DNA of 64,000 nucleotides from Geosiphon pyriformis uo1 (GCA_016748015.1 JAAOMT010000512.1:778719-842718), one strand, 5' to 3'; positions 12,510 to 25,700 are shown, counted from the stretch's first letter. A program made the numbers and translations. Notes: generated by a model not told the origin, from the letters alone.

Positions 12510-15500
12510 TTTATATCTGATTTTTGTTGATTATTTGGGTCAGTATTACCACAACAAGTAACCAATCAGATTGTTTGTGATATTTCTTGAGTCGTGTATC
12601 ATGAACAGAGTGATCATTGAAGATTATTCCATATTGATCTTATAAGATATAAGAACTATTGTTTAAAACTTTGTTGACTATAAAAGATTCTTTTTACTGG
12701 CTAGAGAATTTATTATCATAGATATTGTCTTTGTCTGAATGGTATTCTAAAACTAAGTCACCAACACTTAAGGAAAGTGTTTTATATGTTTTTTTTTCTT
12801 AAGCTTCTCTTGGAATTGTTTTATCTTTTCAAAGGCAATTATCTATACTTCTACTAATGAGTCAAAAATAGTACCAAGTCTTCTTTGCAAAATGTCTTTG
12901 TAATTTTCTATTGTTATTTCTTCAAAAGATATTGTCTTAATGTCAGTTTCTATTGGTAGAGTTGCCATTTGTCCATAGAGTAAAAAAAAGAGTTCATAAC
13001 TTGTTATGTCATGATTCACAGTTCTATAAGCGAACAAAGCTGAAGGCAGTACTTTGTTTCATAAGTTTGTTTTTTCGCTGGTTTTGGCTAGAATTTCACA
13101 TAGTGTTCTATTGAAACATTCTACTAGGCCATTTGTTTGAGAGTGATAAGAAGAGAAAAGTTTGTGACATATTCCCATTTTTCTGCAAAGTTCTTCAACA
13201 AGTGTACTGAGAAAAGCTCTTCCTCTGTCAGATAAAAGTTTTTTGAGGCAGCCATGGCGACAAATGATATCTTCATAAATGAAATTGGCTATTGAGACTG
13301 CTATTTGGTCTGGAGTGGCTTTTGCTTCTATTTACTTTGTAAGATAGTCGGTAGCTGTGATAATGTATCTGTTGCTATCAGGAGTTATTGTTAAAGGTCC
13401 AACAACATCTATACCAATTCTGTCAAAGGGTTGACCAACAGAGATTGGATGGATATCTTCTTTGCAATTGGGTTTTCTTCTTCTTTGGCAAATATCACAG
13501 GTTTTGATGTATTCAGCAATGTCTTTTCCCAAGGTAGGCCAATAATAGTGAGCTAGAGTTTTCTGAATTGTTTTTGTTTTTTCAAAGTGTCCAGCTAATG
13601 GATCAGTGTGCATATTGTAGATCACAATTTCTCTTTCTTCAAATCTGATGACTCTTTGAGGGCAGTCAGGATCTTTTCTATTTCTTTTATAAAGTTGGTT
13701 CTGGTGAATCAAATAGAAATTTGATTGTTTGCACAAATGTTCTCTTTGTTGTTGTGTGTATTTTAGTGGATATTGTCCTTTACCCAAAAATTTCATTAGT
13801 TGTCCAAGTTTATTATCGTGTTTGTCAAAAAGGGGGAATTACTAATAATTAAGTTGGTTTGGTTTGAGAGAGTTGTTCTGTTATTGGATGGTAAGTCTGG
13901 AAAGAGCATTGGTGTTTTGATGATTAGCTCCTTTGTAATGTTGAATATTATAGTCGAATTCATCCAAGTGGAGTATCTAGCAAGTTATCTATTTGTGTTC
14001 TAGTCTCTTTTTGTTGTGCAGCCAAACCAAAGCTTGGTGATCTGTTACCACCAAAAACTTCACACCAAGAAGATACTTACTCCAGTAACTGGTGGACTAT
14101 ACTACTGCTAAGCATTCTTGTTCAATGACTGAATAGTTCTGTTCTGCTGGGGAAAGGGTTCTACTGGCATAGACTATGGCATGTTCTTTGCCCTTTTCAT
14201 TTTTTTGAGAGAGAACAGCACCAAGTCCAAAGCCAGATACATCAGTGTGGAGGATAAAGAGTCGATTTAGATTAGGTTGCTTAAGGATGGGTTCTGTAAC
14301 CAGTTTTTCTTTTAAAGTTTCAAAGGCTTTTTGCTAATGTGTTCTCCAATGGTAATTGACATTTTTCCTGAGTAGCTGATTGAGAGAAGAGACGATTTTG
14401 GAGAAATCCTTAACAAATTTGCGATAATAAGAGGCCAAACCAAGAAAAGAGTGTAGTTTATAAATGTTCATTGGTTGTTTGATGTTTTGGACTTTTTCAA
14501 CTTTGGCTGGATCAGGAAAGATTTCATCTTTTGTGATAAGATGACCAAGGAACTAGGTGGATTGTCTTCCAAAGAAAAATTTGATTGGGTTGATCTTGAG
14601 ACCAGCATTTCTGAGGAGGTCAAAAACCTTTTGCAAATGTTCCAGATGTTCATTCCAGGTTTTTGAGTATATTATTATGTCATCTAAATAGACTAGAACA
14701 AAGTTTTTCTTGACTGATTCAAATACTTTATCCATTAAGTGTTAAAAAGTAGGAGGGGCATTGGTAAGACCAAAAAACATGACTGTGAATTCATAGGTGC
14801 CATACTTGGTAATGAAGACAGTTTTTTTTTTGCTTTCTGAATTCATCTCTACTTGCCAGAATTCAGCAGTTAAGTCAATGGTTGAGAAGAAAGTAGCATC
14901 TTTAAATTGGTCTAACATTGCATCAATCTTGAGAAGTGGGTATATGTCTCTTTCAGTGATGGCATTTAATTGGCAGTAGTTGACACAGAAGCATAGTGTT
15001 CTACTTTTTTTGGATACTACTACAACTGGAAAAGCCCATTCACTCTTGGTTTCTTGTATGAATCTAAGTTCTTTCATCCAGTTTATCTCTTTCTTGATAA
15101 ACTCATTATTGCACTAATTGGATTGATAAGACTTTAAATAGATGGGTTGAGTTTTTCTGGTGGTGATGATGTGTTGTATCACATGAGTATGTCCAAGGGT
15201 ATCATCTTCTTTGGAGATAACTGGGCTATTTTTAGCCAGCAAATTTTCAATGTCTATTTTTCTTTCTTCTGGGGAGGGTTCTTTTTGTTCTACAACCAGT
15301 GATTGGATCTCAGGTGGTTCATTCTCAAAGGACTTCTGTACTTCTTTCAATTCTTCTCTGGGTATCAAACTAATTGGTTCCCAATCTCTGTAATAGATCA
15401 GGCATGATTTGCATTCATCGCTTGGAGAATACAAGGGTTTGTTGTACCAACACCGGGCATAAGGACCATGCCACCAAAAACTGTATTTGGCTTTCTTGCC

Positions 15501-18132
15501 AGGTTTTCTTTCAAAGGTTCTTCTAAAAATATCATAATAAGACCAGCAGATCAGCTTGTCATTTACAATAATTCCTTCTTTGTCTGCTTTAATATTGTCC
15601 AGTGGTTTGCCATTGCTAGTGAAGATAGTATAGGTGAGTTTAGCAGTTTCTTCTTGCTCTTCTTGTTCTTCTTCTTCATTGTTCTCTTCATTATCTGATT
15701 CATCTGATTGTTTTTCTTCTTGGTTTTGTTTGGGTATTGGGAGAGTTGTCCAATGGCAACACTTAACCACAATGGGTTTCTCACCATATCTGATGGTTAA
15801 TTCACAAAGTTCATAATTAAGCAAAGCTTTTGCTTTCTTGAGCCACTCATTGCCAACAATGATAGTGTATTCTTTGGCTTCAGAAACTTCCATGTCAGTT
15901 TCAATGCTGATTCCATTGATGCGGACAGGAACAGCTTTGGCAATACCCAGTCCTTTCTTTTTGTCACCATGTATGTTGGTCATTGGTCTGATAGAAGATT
16001 TATCAATCTTTCTACCAATTGCTTCCAAGAAGTGTTTGGCAATGACACTAACAGATAATCCACTGTTCAGAATTAAGTCAATGAAGTATCCAGCCACTTG
16101 GGCTTTACAAATCAGAGGGGTGACATTGCTGTTGTCAGCAAGTCCAACTTGGCGAGAATGCTTGTTGGTTTTTGGTGTCTTTTTCTTTGGAATCAAAGAT
16201 TTGCGAAGATCTTTTCTGAACTATAAGTGGGTCATTAACTGGCCAAAGGTAATATGTGCTGGGGTTTCCATGAGATTTTTGACAATGGAATAGGGTCCAG
16301 ATTTTTGTACAATTTCTGAGGGTTTCAACTTTGGAGAATTCTTAAAAACTTTAGCCTTTGGTGGCTCATTGTTATTAATGGCAGAAGTTGAGGCTTTGTT
16401 GGGGTCTAGAACGAAATCAACCTTGGCTTTTTTCTTTTTTCTGGTTGGTTCTAAGGTGTTGATTGCTAGTTCATCCATGTCATAGTCATCATCAGTTAAA
16501 TTAAAAGCGTAAAAGGAGTTTTTTCTGGTTGGCTTACACTCTCACCTTTTGGAAGTGCGCCTATCAGTTTAAAGGCTGATAAACAGTGGCTTCAACTAGG
16601 GGATCCTCTCCAAAGAAATTGATGTTGGCATGATTGGGTCTTTGATTGGGGACATTGTTGTTGTTGTTGGGTCTGTTGTTTTGGTTGTTATTGTTTCTGG
16701 GAGCTGGAGGAGGCAGTGGAAGATTGTTACAATCTCTTGAATAATGTCCAGTTAATTCACAATGATAGCACACAGATGGGCCACAATTTTGCTGTCTTTG
16801 ATAGGGAAGTTGCTGGGGCTAGTTAAAATGAGGTTCATATCTAGGTCTTGGTAGTTGCTAGTTATCTCTGACTGCTTGTGCCAACAGTTCTAATAACCGG
16901 GCAAGGTTAGCTGTGAGTCTATCTATCAATTGTTTATTTGGGTCTTGGGTTTGGGCAGCAAAAAAAGTAGCAGCCATTTGAGGAGTAGGAGCCATAATAG
17001 GAGCAGGAGCAAAAACTGGAAGTATAGATCCCAAATGCATTCTTTAATTGTCTTCAATTCTTTGGGTGAGTTCAATGGCCATATTCATGGTGAGATTATC
17101 TTTTAAAGCCAAGAGAGGCCAAAGAGCATACAATAAATCAGTTCTCAATCCTTTTGTGAAGGAGTGAATCTTTTGCTCTTCAGTCCAGTTTCTACCAGAG
17201 TCTATATGCTTGATAAGTTTTTTGATTGCTTTGGCATATTTGGTCACAATTTTACCAGGATCTTGGGTTCTTCTTTCTAATTTCATACACCATTTGGATA
17301 TTAAGATGGGGGTTCTGAATTTGTTTTCAAACCAGATAGTAAAAGAGGTGTTGTTTTCTTTAATATTTGCTGGGGTCCATCTGACAATTCTTTGTTGAGC
17401 ACCAACATTGGTTTCTTGTGAAAACCAGGTAGCAGAAGAGCCTTAAAGATAGCCACCAACAATTTGGAACTTGTATTCATCATCATACTGGTTTGCAGTA
17501 ACTGCTCTTTTAAAATCATCCAACCATTCAATTGGATCTTGGGCATTACCTCTGAATAGGGGTAGTGGGGTGTTGTTTCTTTGTCCCAAAGCAGTTTGTA
17601 TGTTTTGGAGGGTGGCCAGGATGTTTACTTGTATTGGATCTTGGGCCATTGGTTCAGGAGTTACTGTTTGAGTGGAATAATCTGAATCACTTGGGAAGAA
17701 ATCAAAAATAGAAACAGTTTGGTAACTTTCTTCTTCTGTTTCAAAAGGGGTTTTAGCTGATTGATGGACAGCAATCCAGATGTGAATTTGGTGATTTAGA
17801 TATTCGAATTCAAGAGGTTGTTGTTTAAAGGTTGCTGAGTATAAGAGCTGATTGATATTGTTGTTTCTTTTTTCAAAGTTGTTTTTAAAGTAAGCTTGGT
17901 CAAAGTAATAGATTGTATAGGCTGTGTAGGTTTCAGCTGAATGCTCATTCAGGAACCAGTTCCAAAAGTTTTGGAATTGTCTACTGAATTGTTCTTCAAG
18001 AGGGAAGCAAATCAAGCAGGATGGCAAAGGATTGAGTTCAATAAAGTCTAAATCATTTCTGTTGTGTGTTTCAAAGTGTTCTGCTGATTGTTGTGGTAGG
18101 TATGAATAATTACCCATACAATAAGGAAACAA
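12510..18132 (-). pseudogene. Element A gag-pol, fragmented by stops
   Basis: gag FRGNAQDPIEWLDDF; knuckle CYHCELTGHYSRDC; protease LILNSG (DSG>NSG); RT YLDD; RNase H HTDVSGFGLGAVL; integrase H-H-CDIC and IGIDVVGPL; degenerate GPF motif; no chromodomain seen. Confidence 0.92.
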
Positions 18133-18146
18133 GTGGATTTTGACAA

Positions 18147-18163
18147 TCTCACAGGAAGCACTA
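18147..18163 (-). other. Putative primer binding site of element A
   Basis: Six nt inside the 5' LTR boundary, the plus strand reads CTCACAGGAAGCACTA, like a tRNA 3' end ...GGAAGCA-CCA with one C>T change. tRNA identity not determined. Confidence 0.5.
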
Positions 18164-18690
18164 CTTTTATGTTACAGGTTAGAGTAACAAGCTAATGGAT
18201 AGCAAGAGAGAACAGAATTGTAGGGTAATGGAAATAATCAAAGAGGATTCAACTTCAATGAGTGAATTGAATGAGTATGGATTTAATGTGCAAGATCAGT
18301 TTCATAAAATATCTCAATTGCTATTCTTTTCAAAAGATAACAAGGAAATCTGAAGGTAGAGGAATAGTCCGTACTGTCAACAATTGATCACCACTGGTAT
18401 TAATTCTATGCCTTCACGTCGGCACTCTTAGAATTCAATATTAGGTATCAACTTGTGCTCTTCAGTCACATTTATACAAATAGTCTTCAAATACTACAAT
18501 TATTCAAACAGGAAAAGGCCAACAAGTAATTTTTTATCCTAAGATGTTTGGATACTTGAAGATAGAGAAAGGAAAATTAGTGATAAGAGAATAATTGAGA
18601 TGAAAGTTGTTATTTTTATTTATTTAATTCTTGCCTGAGAGATGATTTTCTATAACTAAGAGATTCATCACTTATATAGCTAATGAAAGT

Positions 18691-18774
18691 GGTCAATGAC
18701 CAGGTCAATGACTAGGTCAATGATCATGTCAATAATCAGGTCAACAGTCAAGTCATTGATCAGGTCAATGATCA
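18691..18774. repeat. 12-bp tandem array (GGTCAATGATCA) in LTR-A U3
   Basis: 7 units here and 5 units at 11697-11756; just upstream (minus strand) of CTATATAAG at 18671-18679. Confidence 0.85.
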
Positions 18775-20711
18775 CTATCTAAAAATAAAGTGGCTAATTA
18801 TATGACATCAGTGGCTAATATATGTAATAACTAATAAAAATTATGGGTTTCAACCGTAACAATAGTAGCATCTAAATTACTCTGTAAACCAAATATAATA
18901 AAAACAAATTAAGAATAATGACCAGATTTAAGTAAATAAGAAATAAAACAAGTTTGATTACCAACTTAAGAAATCATATTACTGATTTCAAAAACAATAT
19001 AACCAGAGAAAAAATTGACCAACTTGGCTTTAAACTTATCATAAAACAGAATAATTTTATTTTAATTCACTAAAAAAAAGATCTTAATACTATTTTTATT
19101 TAATAAAACTAATCAATAATTTAAAACAAATATAATAATATTTAAATTTTTAAAGTAAACAATTACATATTACTAAATACCAATAGACTTTAACACAATA
19201 TAAGTGACTTTTTTAAACACATCAAGTACTATTTTAATATTAATAACAAATATATTTAAAAATATATTATATAATACAACAACAAAAAAAAATCAAACTT
19301 AAAAACCACTAAAAATTTGGCAATTTTAAGAGTAGTCAAACAAACAAAGCTCTTAAGCTTAACTATAAACACAGTTTTTAAAAATTATTAGAAAGCAAAC
19401 TTTATATAAAAGAGTTTTATATTGTTTTTTATAACTAATTTTGCATCCAAAAAACCATACATAAACTGAAAAACAGTCTTAATATAAGCCAATTTAATTT
19501 TAAAAATTGTATTAAGCACTAGAATAAAAACTATTTATCCAGCAAATTTTTGACAACCAATAATGATTTCTTAAACATCATTAATAATAATACCAAAAAC
19601 TAAAAAAAAATAATTCAATTTTTATTTAATTAGTCCAGTTTTTAAAAACAAATGATATAATAAAAAATCTTTATTTTGTTTTTAAAACAAGCAAAAATTT
19701 ACTAAAAAACACTATATTTGGCAATATAATCAATAATTAATTTTGGCCTATTTTAAACAATATCCTAAATAATACAAAAAAATCTTATCTAAAATTTATC
19801 TGAAATTACAAAAAAGTTTGATATAACAATAACAGAAACAAGTAATTACTTTTATTTTTTGGAATTTTTAGTTTTTTTAACTATTTTTAAAAAAATATTA
19901 CTAATGATATCAGATATAATAACAATAATTAAAAAAATCAGTTTGTTAATTAATTTACTATTAAAAATTTTTGAGCTTTTGGTAAAAATAAAAACAATAT
20001 TAGGACTAATTCAAATGTGTTTTTTAAAAAAAACTTTAACTGATAAAAAACTAGCTAAAAATAAAAAAAATGCTTAAAAGACTATTAAAGACAGCTTTTT
20101 ACTATTATTACTTAAAAAAAAGCTTTTAAAACATTCTATTTAATTATTTCTATAACAGAAAAAACTTTTTTGGTTAAAATTTTATTAAATATCTTAAAAA
20201 AGATATTAAATATAGCTTTTTTACTTTTTGTTTTAGTTATGATTATAAAATTAAGAAGATAAAAAATATTTTTTAATACTTAATAATTTTTATATTATTT
20301 TAATTAATAATTTTATTAAATTAATTTTAAAAAACTGTTAATGTAAATTTTGTTTTTAATTTTATTAAAATTGTTTTAATATAAAATAAAAATTATAATA
20401 AATCAACAGATTTTTAATATTAAAATTTTGAATTATTTTTTTTATTTACTTAATAAAATAATTAACTAATAAATTTATTTATTAAAAATTTTGCTTAAAA
20501 AATTAATTTTATTTTAAATAATTGTATTTTTAAGATTGAATATGTTTTGTTTAAATTTTAATTGCTTTTAATTAAATCAAAAATTAATTAAATCATTAAA
20601 CCCAGTTTTAGAATTAATTATTAGAAATAGGAAATTGACACAAAAAAACTTGAATATTTCCATAAATAAATAATCAGTGAATATTATAAAAAAGGAAAAG
20701 AATCACACTAG

Positions 20712-20727
20712 TTTGTGACGTCACAAA
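20712..20727. promoter_or_regulatory. 16-bp palindrome with CRE/ATF-type core TGACGTCA
   Basis: TTTGTGACGTCACAAA, about 130 bp upstream of the WDR91 ATG. Confidence 0.45.
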
Positions 20728-20853
20728 TTTTATGGCGATCCGGATCAACCAGTAAAAAATTATTCAAGATTCTGATCAATCATCGTTTCTAGTATCACTA
20801 TTTGACTACCATTGTGCCATAAGAAACGGCGAACCCAACTTCTAATTTACAAC

Positions 20854-23800
20854 ATGAATTCTGTGCCACAACTCGACGAATTAATAAAGGAATACCTTCT
20901 AGTGCGTAAATATTCACATTTCGATATAAACTTTTTTTCATATTAACAGCTTAATTAAAGCATATTTTCTGTTCACGTTACAGTTTAGGGGGTTTATCAA
21001 CACTTTCCGGGCTTTTGAACAAGAGAGCCGAACTGATAAGGAAAAAAGTTTTCAGGTTTACAAAAACATGAATATTTTGTCGATATTTGTAATTTTATTT
21101 GTTTAACATTATATCATTATATTTATTGCTTTTTTTGGTTTAATTAAAATAAACTTTTTGAACCTGGTTCTTGTATATGATAATTTATTATACTGATCAA
21201 TGATAAAAGGGAGATAAGATCATCGATGAATTATTCAGTTATATTTTGAATAGCGATATAAATGGCTTGCTTGAATACTGGCGGTATCTCGATATCCGTT
21301 ATTTTTCTCGGTTGGATGGTCGATTTTTCGGCAGCGTGAAAAAGTTTGAGACTTGTTTGCTTCGATATTACCTTGTACATGGTATGTTTTAAATTTTGGA
21401 ATTCTTGTCCGCAAATAATGGTAATTTGATTAAGCTTCATACAGCCGCTCAACATAAACGAAAAGATGTGATTTTCGAATTTTTTGACACTTTTGGTGGC
21501 GAATTGAATGGAAATCCAGACTGGACCAAGTGGTTTGGTAAATTTTCAATGATAATCAGTCTTTTGATGAAGGAAATTTTATACCAGAAACTCGTTTACT
21601 AATTCTATGTCTATCTTTAGGGTTTCCCTTTTCCAAAAACCCCGCCGCTGATTCCAATTTTGAAACTTTTTTCACTAAACAGTGGTTGGAAACTTTCACA
21701 GTGTCTTTACATAATTTCCTTAATACGATTTTTCAAAATATGCGTATCCTTTCTAAATTTAATCAGCTTTCCCAAGTTGATACTGGCAATGTCAGCAATT
21801 TTGCAATGCTATTTATTTATTTATTTTTATTGATCTTCACATTTAATCATTCATTAAGCGCTTCCAAGTTTACTATGTTTCAATATTGATCGTCTTCACC
21901 GCCGCGCTTTACAGAATGAAATTGAAGAGCTTCAAAGTGTGGTTGAGAATCTCAAATTGGAGATCCAGGACGGGGATCACGAAATATCTTCCTTAAAACA
22001 AAAGGTCTGTTTATTTATATTGCCTCAAATGCAAATTACTCCGGGAGGAAAAAAGTTTAATTCTCCTGAACTCACTAGGTTGCTCAAACGCATAGTGAGC
22101 TTGCCACTGGCTCCAAATCTCGACGTCGAGCTCTGTCATTAGTTGAACAAAAAGAAAATACGTAAAGTGAATCTTTGGTTTTTTTATTTCTATCCTTTGT
22201 AAGCATATATATATATATATATATCAAAAATGAAGTATGGAATAATTGATGATTGATAGGAATGAGGTAGAACAACTTTTAACTCCTCCACGTGGTAAGT
22301 GATTTTTCGGGTCCTTCAATTCATCAACAGTATATCTTCTCTACTGATTATTTTCCATATCAGCCAGAGCCCAAGTATCAACAAGTCTTCCTGTTTCTCG
22401 TTCTGCCACACCCATCAACAAGCTTGAGACTGGATCTGACAATAAATATTCACAATCACCAAAATCATTACCCGAAGAGCGCGCGATATCGCCTATTTCT
22501 GAATTTACCATTGATGGTGAGGAAGAGGGAGAATTGCGTAATGGGGATGAAACGGAACCCTTTAACGTTACGAGTCAGGTTGGTTATTTTAGGAAAAGTT
22601 GACTTATCGCTCTGAACTAATAAGTCTTTTTATAGGAATTATATTTGGAACATGCTTCAGGGATCTCTCTGGCCAAATTTTCTAGTGAAGGAAACTTGAT
22701 AGCTAGTTGTGATGTAGATAACATTGTACGGTAGGAACTCCGATTGAAATCTTTTGCGTCATTATTTTTGATTTATGGTCGATTCCCATGCGTTTGCTAT
22801 ACGTATTCAGTATATGGAGTTATACTGGAGAAACAGCCGCGTCAAAAATTACAAATTCCGATTATAATGTATTATCCATGGAATGGGAAGCGAGGTCTGA
22901 CAAATTTGTAAGCCCACCTAATTTTGACTGACAGCTGGTTACATTCAGTCTTATATCATTTTCTCATTGAATTTTTGGAACACCAATTAACAAGCTGTTA
23001 CTTGGTACAGATGATCGTTTTATTCGGGTGTACAATCAAGAGACTAAATCTATAGTGCATGAATTTCAAATGGAGGACCGATTTCCAAGGGTGAATCAAG
23101 TTTGCTGCTCACCCGTAGAATCCATATTTGCTTGCTCCGGCATTCCGAAAAAACGTGATACTTCGTCATCATTTTTAGCGGATACTGCATCTGGGTCCTT
23201 GGTGAGCTGGAATATGAAAACCATGTCAATACAGGTTTTTAAGCAAATTATTAAACATTTACTTTGAATTCATTATTTATAACAAATCCTCATAAGTATC
23301 GATCCAATTAATCTAGGATACCTTTGTTCTTGATCCATCATCGTCCTCATCATCTAAAAATCCATCAAACCTAATTCAAACCATCAAATTTAATCATAAT
23401 GGACAGATGTTGGTTGCTGGTGACAAAGCAGGGTATATTCGCATATTTGGTAGGAATATCACATTCAGTTCACTGCATTTCATTTCTTATTCTAACTCAT
23501 ATAAACTTCTTTTAGACATCCGTACGTTATCGCCAATAATGAAATGGAATTTGTCCAGTGCAACATTAACACCGAATAAAGCCGGGAGTGGTATTATCTG
23601 TTCGGCTTTGTTTAGCTTTGATGAAAATTCTATATACGTTGTCGATGAAGCTGGAAAGGTATAAATTTTCTCTTAGAGACTAGCATTTCTATGCCCTTTG
23701 TAAGAGCTATTGATTAAGCCCATTTCAAACTTTTGATCGTCTAAATTCAATAGCTGACTCAATGGTCAGTTCTTAAACCTGGACAGCTAGTAGCTCAATC

Positions 23801-24340
23801 AAAATTATTTGGTTTTCCCCCATCGATTTCAGCTCCGCCACCAGTAGTACCCCCAGCATCAACAACAGCAACATCCCATACTATAAGCTTTCAGTTTCCT
23901 ACTACGTTCCGAAAGCGCACTGCCTCAGCAGCATCCAACCGAAGCACGCAATCATTGCCCACCATCGTAATTGGTAATGATAAAACCCCACCAATGTCAC
24001 CCTCAAGTGTACCGATGATTGGATTTAGTCCAGACACCGAACACATGATCTGTGTGGGTGGTACTGGTGGGTGTCAAGGAGTCATATATCAGGTTAAATT
24101 TTATCTTTCAGTTATTTCCTTAGATTTACGTATTTTTGACATTCGTCTTATCAACCTTCTAAATTGGAATTTTAGACATCAAACGGCGATCAGGTCCAGC
24201 ATTTAGCTTCACATTCGCAATATTTGACTTCTGTTGATTGGACCACGACTACGGGTAATGCAATTCTTACTGCTTCGATAGATGGTACCCTCAGAATTAC
24301 AAAAATATCAAAGTCATCAACACCAAATGTGAATAATTAA
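20854..24340 (+). CDS. WDR91: WD repeat protein 91 (endosomal Rab7-effector family), multi-exon
   Basis: Spliced N-terminus MNSVPQLDELIKEYLL/FRGFINTFRAFEQESRTDKEKSFQ/GDKIIDEL matches the WDR91 start; coiled coil followed by WD40 repeats (TIKFNHNGQMLVAGD, LTSVDW); TAA at 24338-24340. Confidence 0.88.
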
Positions 24341-24739
24341 GAATCTCGGTTAATCTTCAATTATATTTATTAATATAATTATGAGCAATTTCTTTTCAAG
24401 TATCAATTTTTTTTTCTTTAGCTAAATGCTCAGCAATAATGCGAATTCCGTTCGTGATCAAATACTTGTATAGATCAATTTTTTAATGTGTAAATGAATT
24501 GAATCAATTATCAATAGCAGATATATTTAACTAATTTATATGTAAGGTATTAATTGTTTTGTGCATATAATAATTTTATTTCATTAAACAAAAAAGTTTC
24601 AAGGAATTTCAAGTGAAGATGTTCTTTTTAAACTCATGAATTGATTTTAATAGTAAGCAAATTTTTTCATTATTAATGGTTTTTATCTTTGTACAATTTA
24701 TAATTAAATGTTTATTTAAATTTTATAATAATAATATAT

Positions 24740-25700
24740 ATTTTAAAAAAACTTTTTTTTTCTTGTATTTTTATAACTACAATTAAAACAAAAAGTAAAA
24801 AAAAGCAAATTCTTTTTTTCTGTTATTGTAAATAGTTTTAATATTCAAAAAGTTTTTTTAAAAGTAAAAACAACAAAATAATGTTTTTTTAAACCACTTT
24901 TTTTAAATAATAAACTATAATACAGCTTTTAACCATTGAAAAAATATTTTTTAGCTTTAAATAAAAGTTTTTTTACACAAAATTTCTTCTAGTGTCAGTT
25001 TTAGTATAATTGCTATTATCATAAAAAGCTTTAAGATTTTTAACAAAAAACTAATAATAAAACTATTATTTTTCTTAATAATTTTTTAAATAACCAAAAA
25101 ATAAAAAATCAACTCATTTTTTTATTTAAAATTAATACAGTTAATTTTTTAAAAATATTTAAAAAAAATTTTTTTTTACTATTTTTCAAATTATTATATT
25201 TGATTTATCATTAGCTATTAAAATTTTTTTGAATAAATAATTGTTATTTTGGTTTTTAGTTTTTACATAATATTATTAATTTAAAGTTAATTATTAAAAG
25301 CAATATTAAGCTTTTTTGTATAAAATTTGCTTTTCAAGTTTTTTTAAATATTATTATTAAATTTAAGCTTGCCAATTTATTTTATTTTATTACTTTTAAA
25401 ATTGTAAAATTTTTTATAATATCTGTTTCTACTTTGTTTTTATTATTATAACAAAGTATAATATGTTTTTTTTTGGCTTTTTGTTAATATAACATATTAA
25501 TTTTTTAGTTTAATAATAAAGTATTTTATGTCAAAATAACTGTTATTTTATTGTTAATTTTTTTTTGGTTTTATATAATAATAATTAATAATAAAATAGT
25601 TATAAAAATAATATCTTTGAAATTTTAAATATTTAAGCTGTTTTAATTAATTAAATTTGTTGTTTAGTCTATTATTATTATAATTAATTTAGTTATATTT
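24740..25700 (+). repeat. Highly eroded copy of the non-LTR ORF1 relic family
   Basis: Partial similarity to 26300-26500 and 27960-28400; almost no C or G left. Confidence 0.45.

Larger units (their letters stand above)
3054..18861 (-). mobile_element. Ty3/gypsy LTR retrotransposon A (full-length, mutated)
   Basis: Termini TGTTACA...GTAACA; 4-bp TSD ATAG (3050-3053/18862-18865). 5' LTR 18170-18861; 3' LTR 3054-3435 plus 11561-11843. PPT at 11844-11854. Domain order gag-PR-RT-RH-IN. Confidence 0.95.
2146..20270 (-). mobile_element. Non-LTR (LINE ORF1-like) relic, copy 1, split by gypsy element A (segments 2146-3053 and 18866-20270)
   Basis: Joining the two flanks recreates the uninterrupted paralog at ~28500-28620 (inverted). 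Degenerate zinc knuckle CFKYQDLNHLAVNY at ~2945-2990; ORF remnants at 2461-2772 and 2773-2961. Confidence 0.7.
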
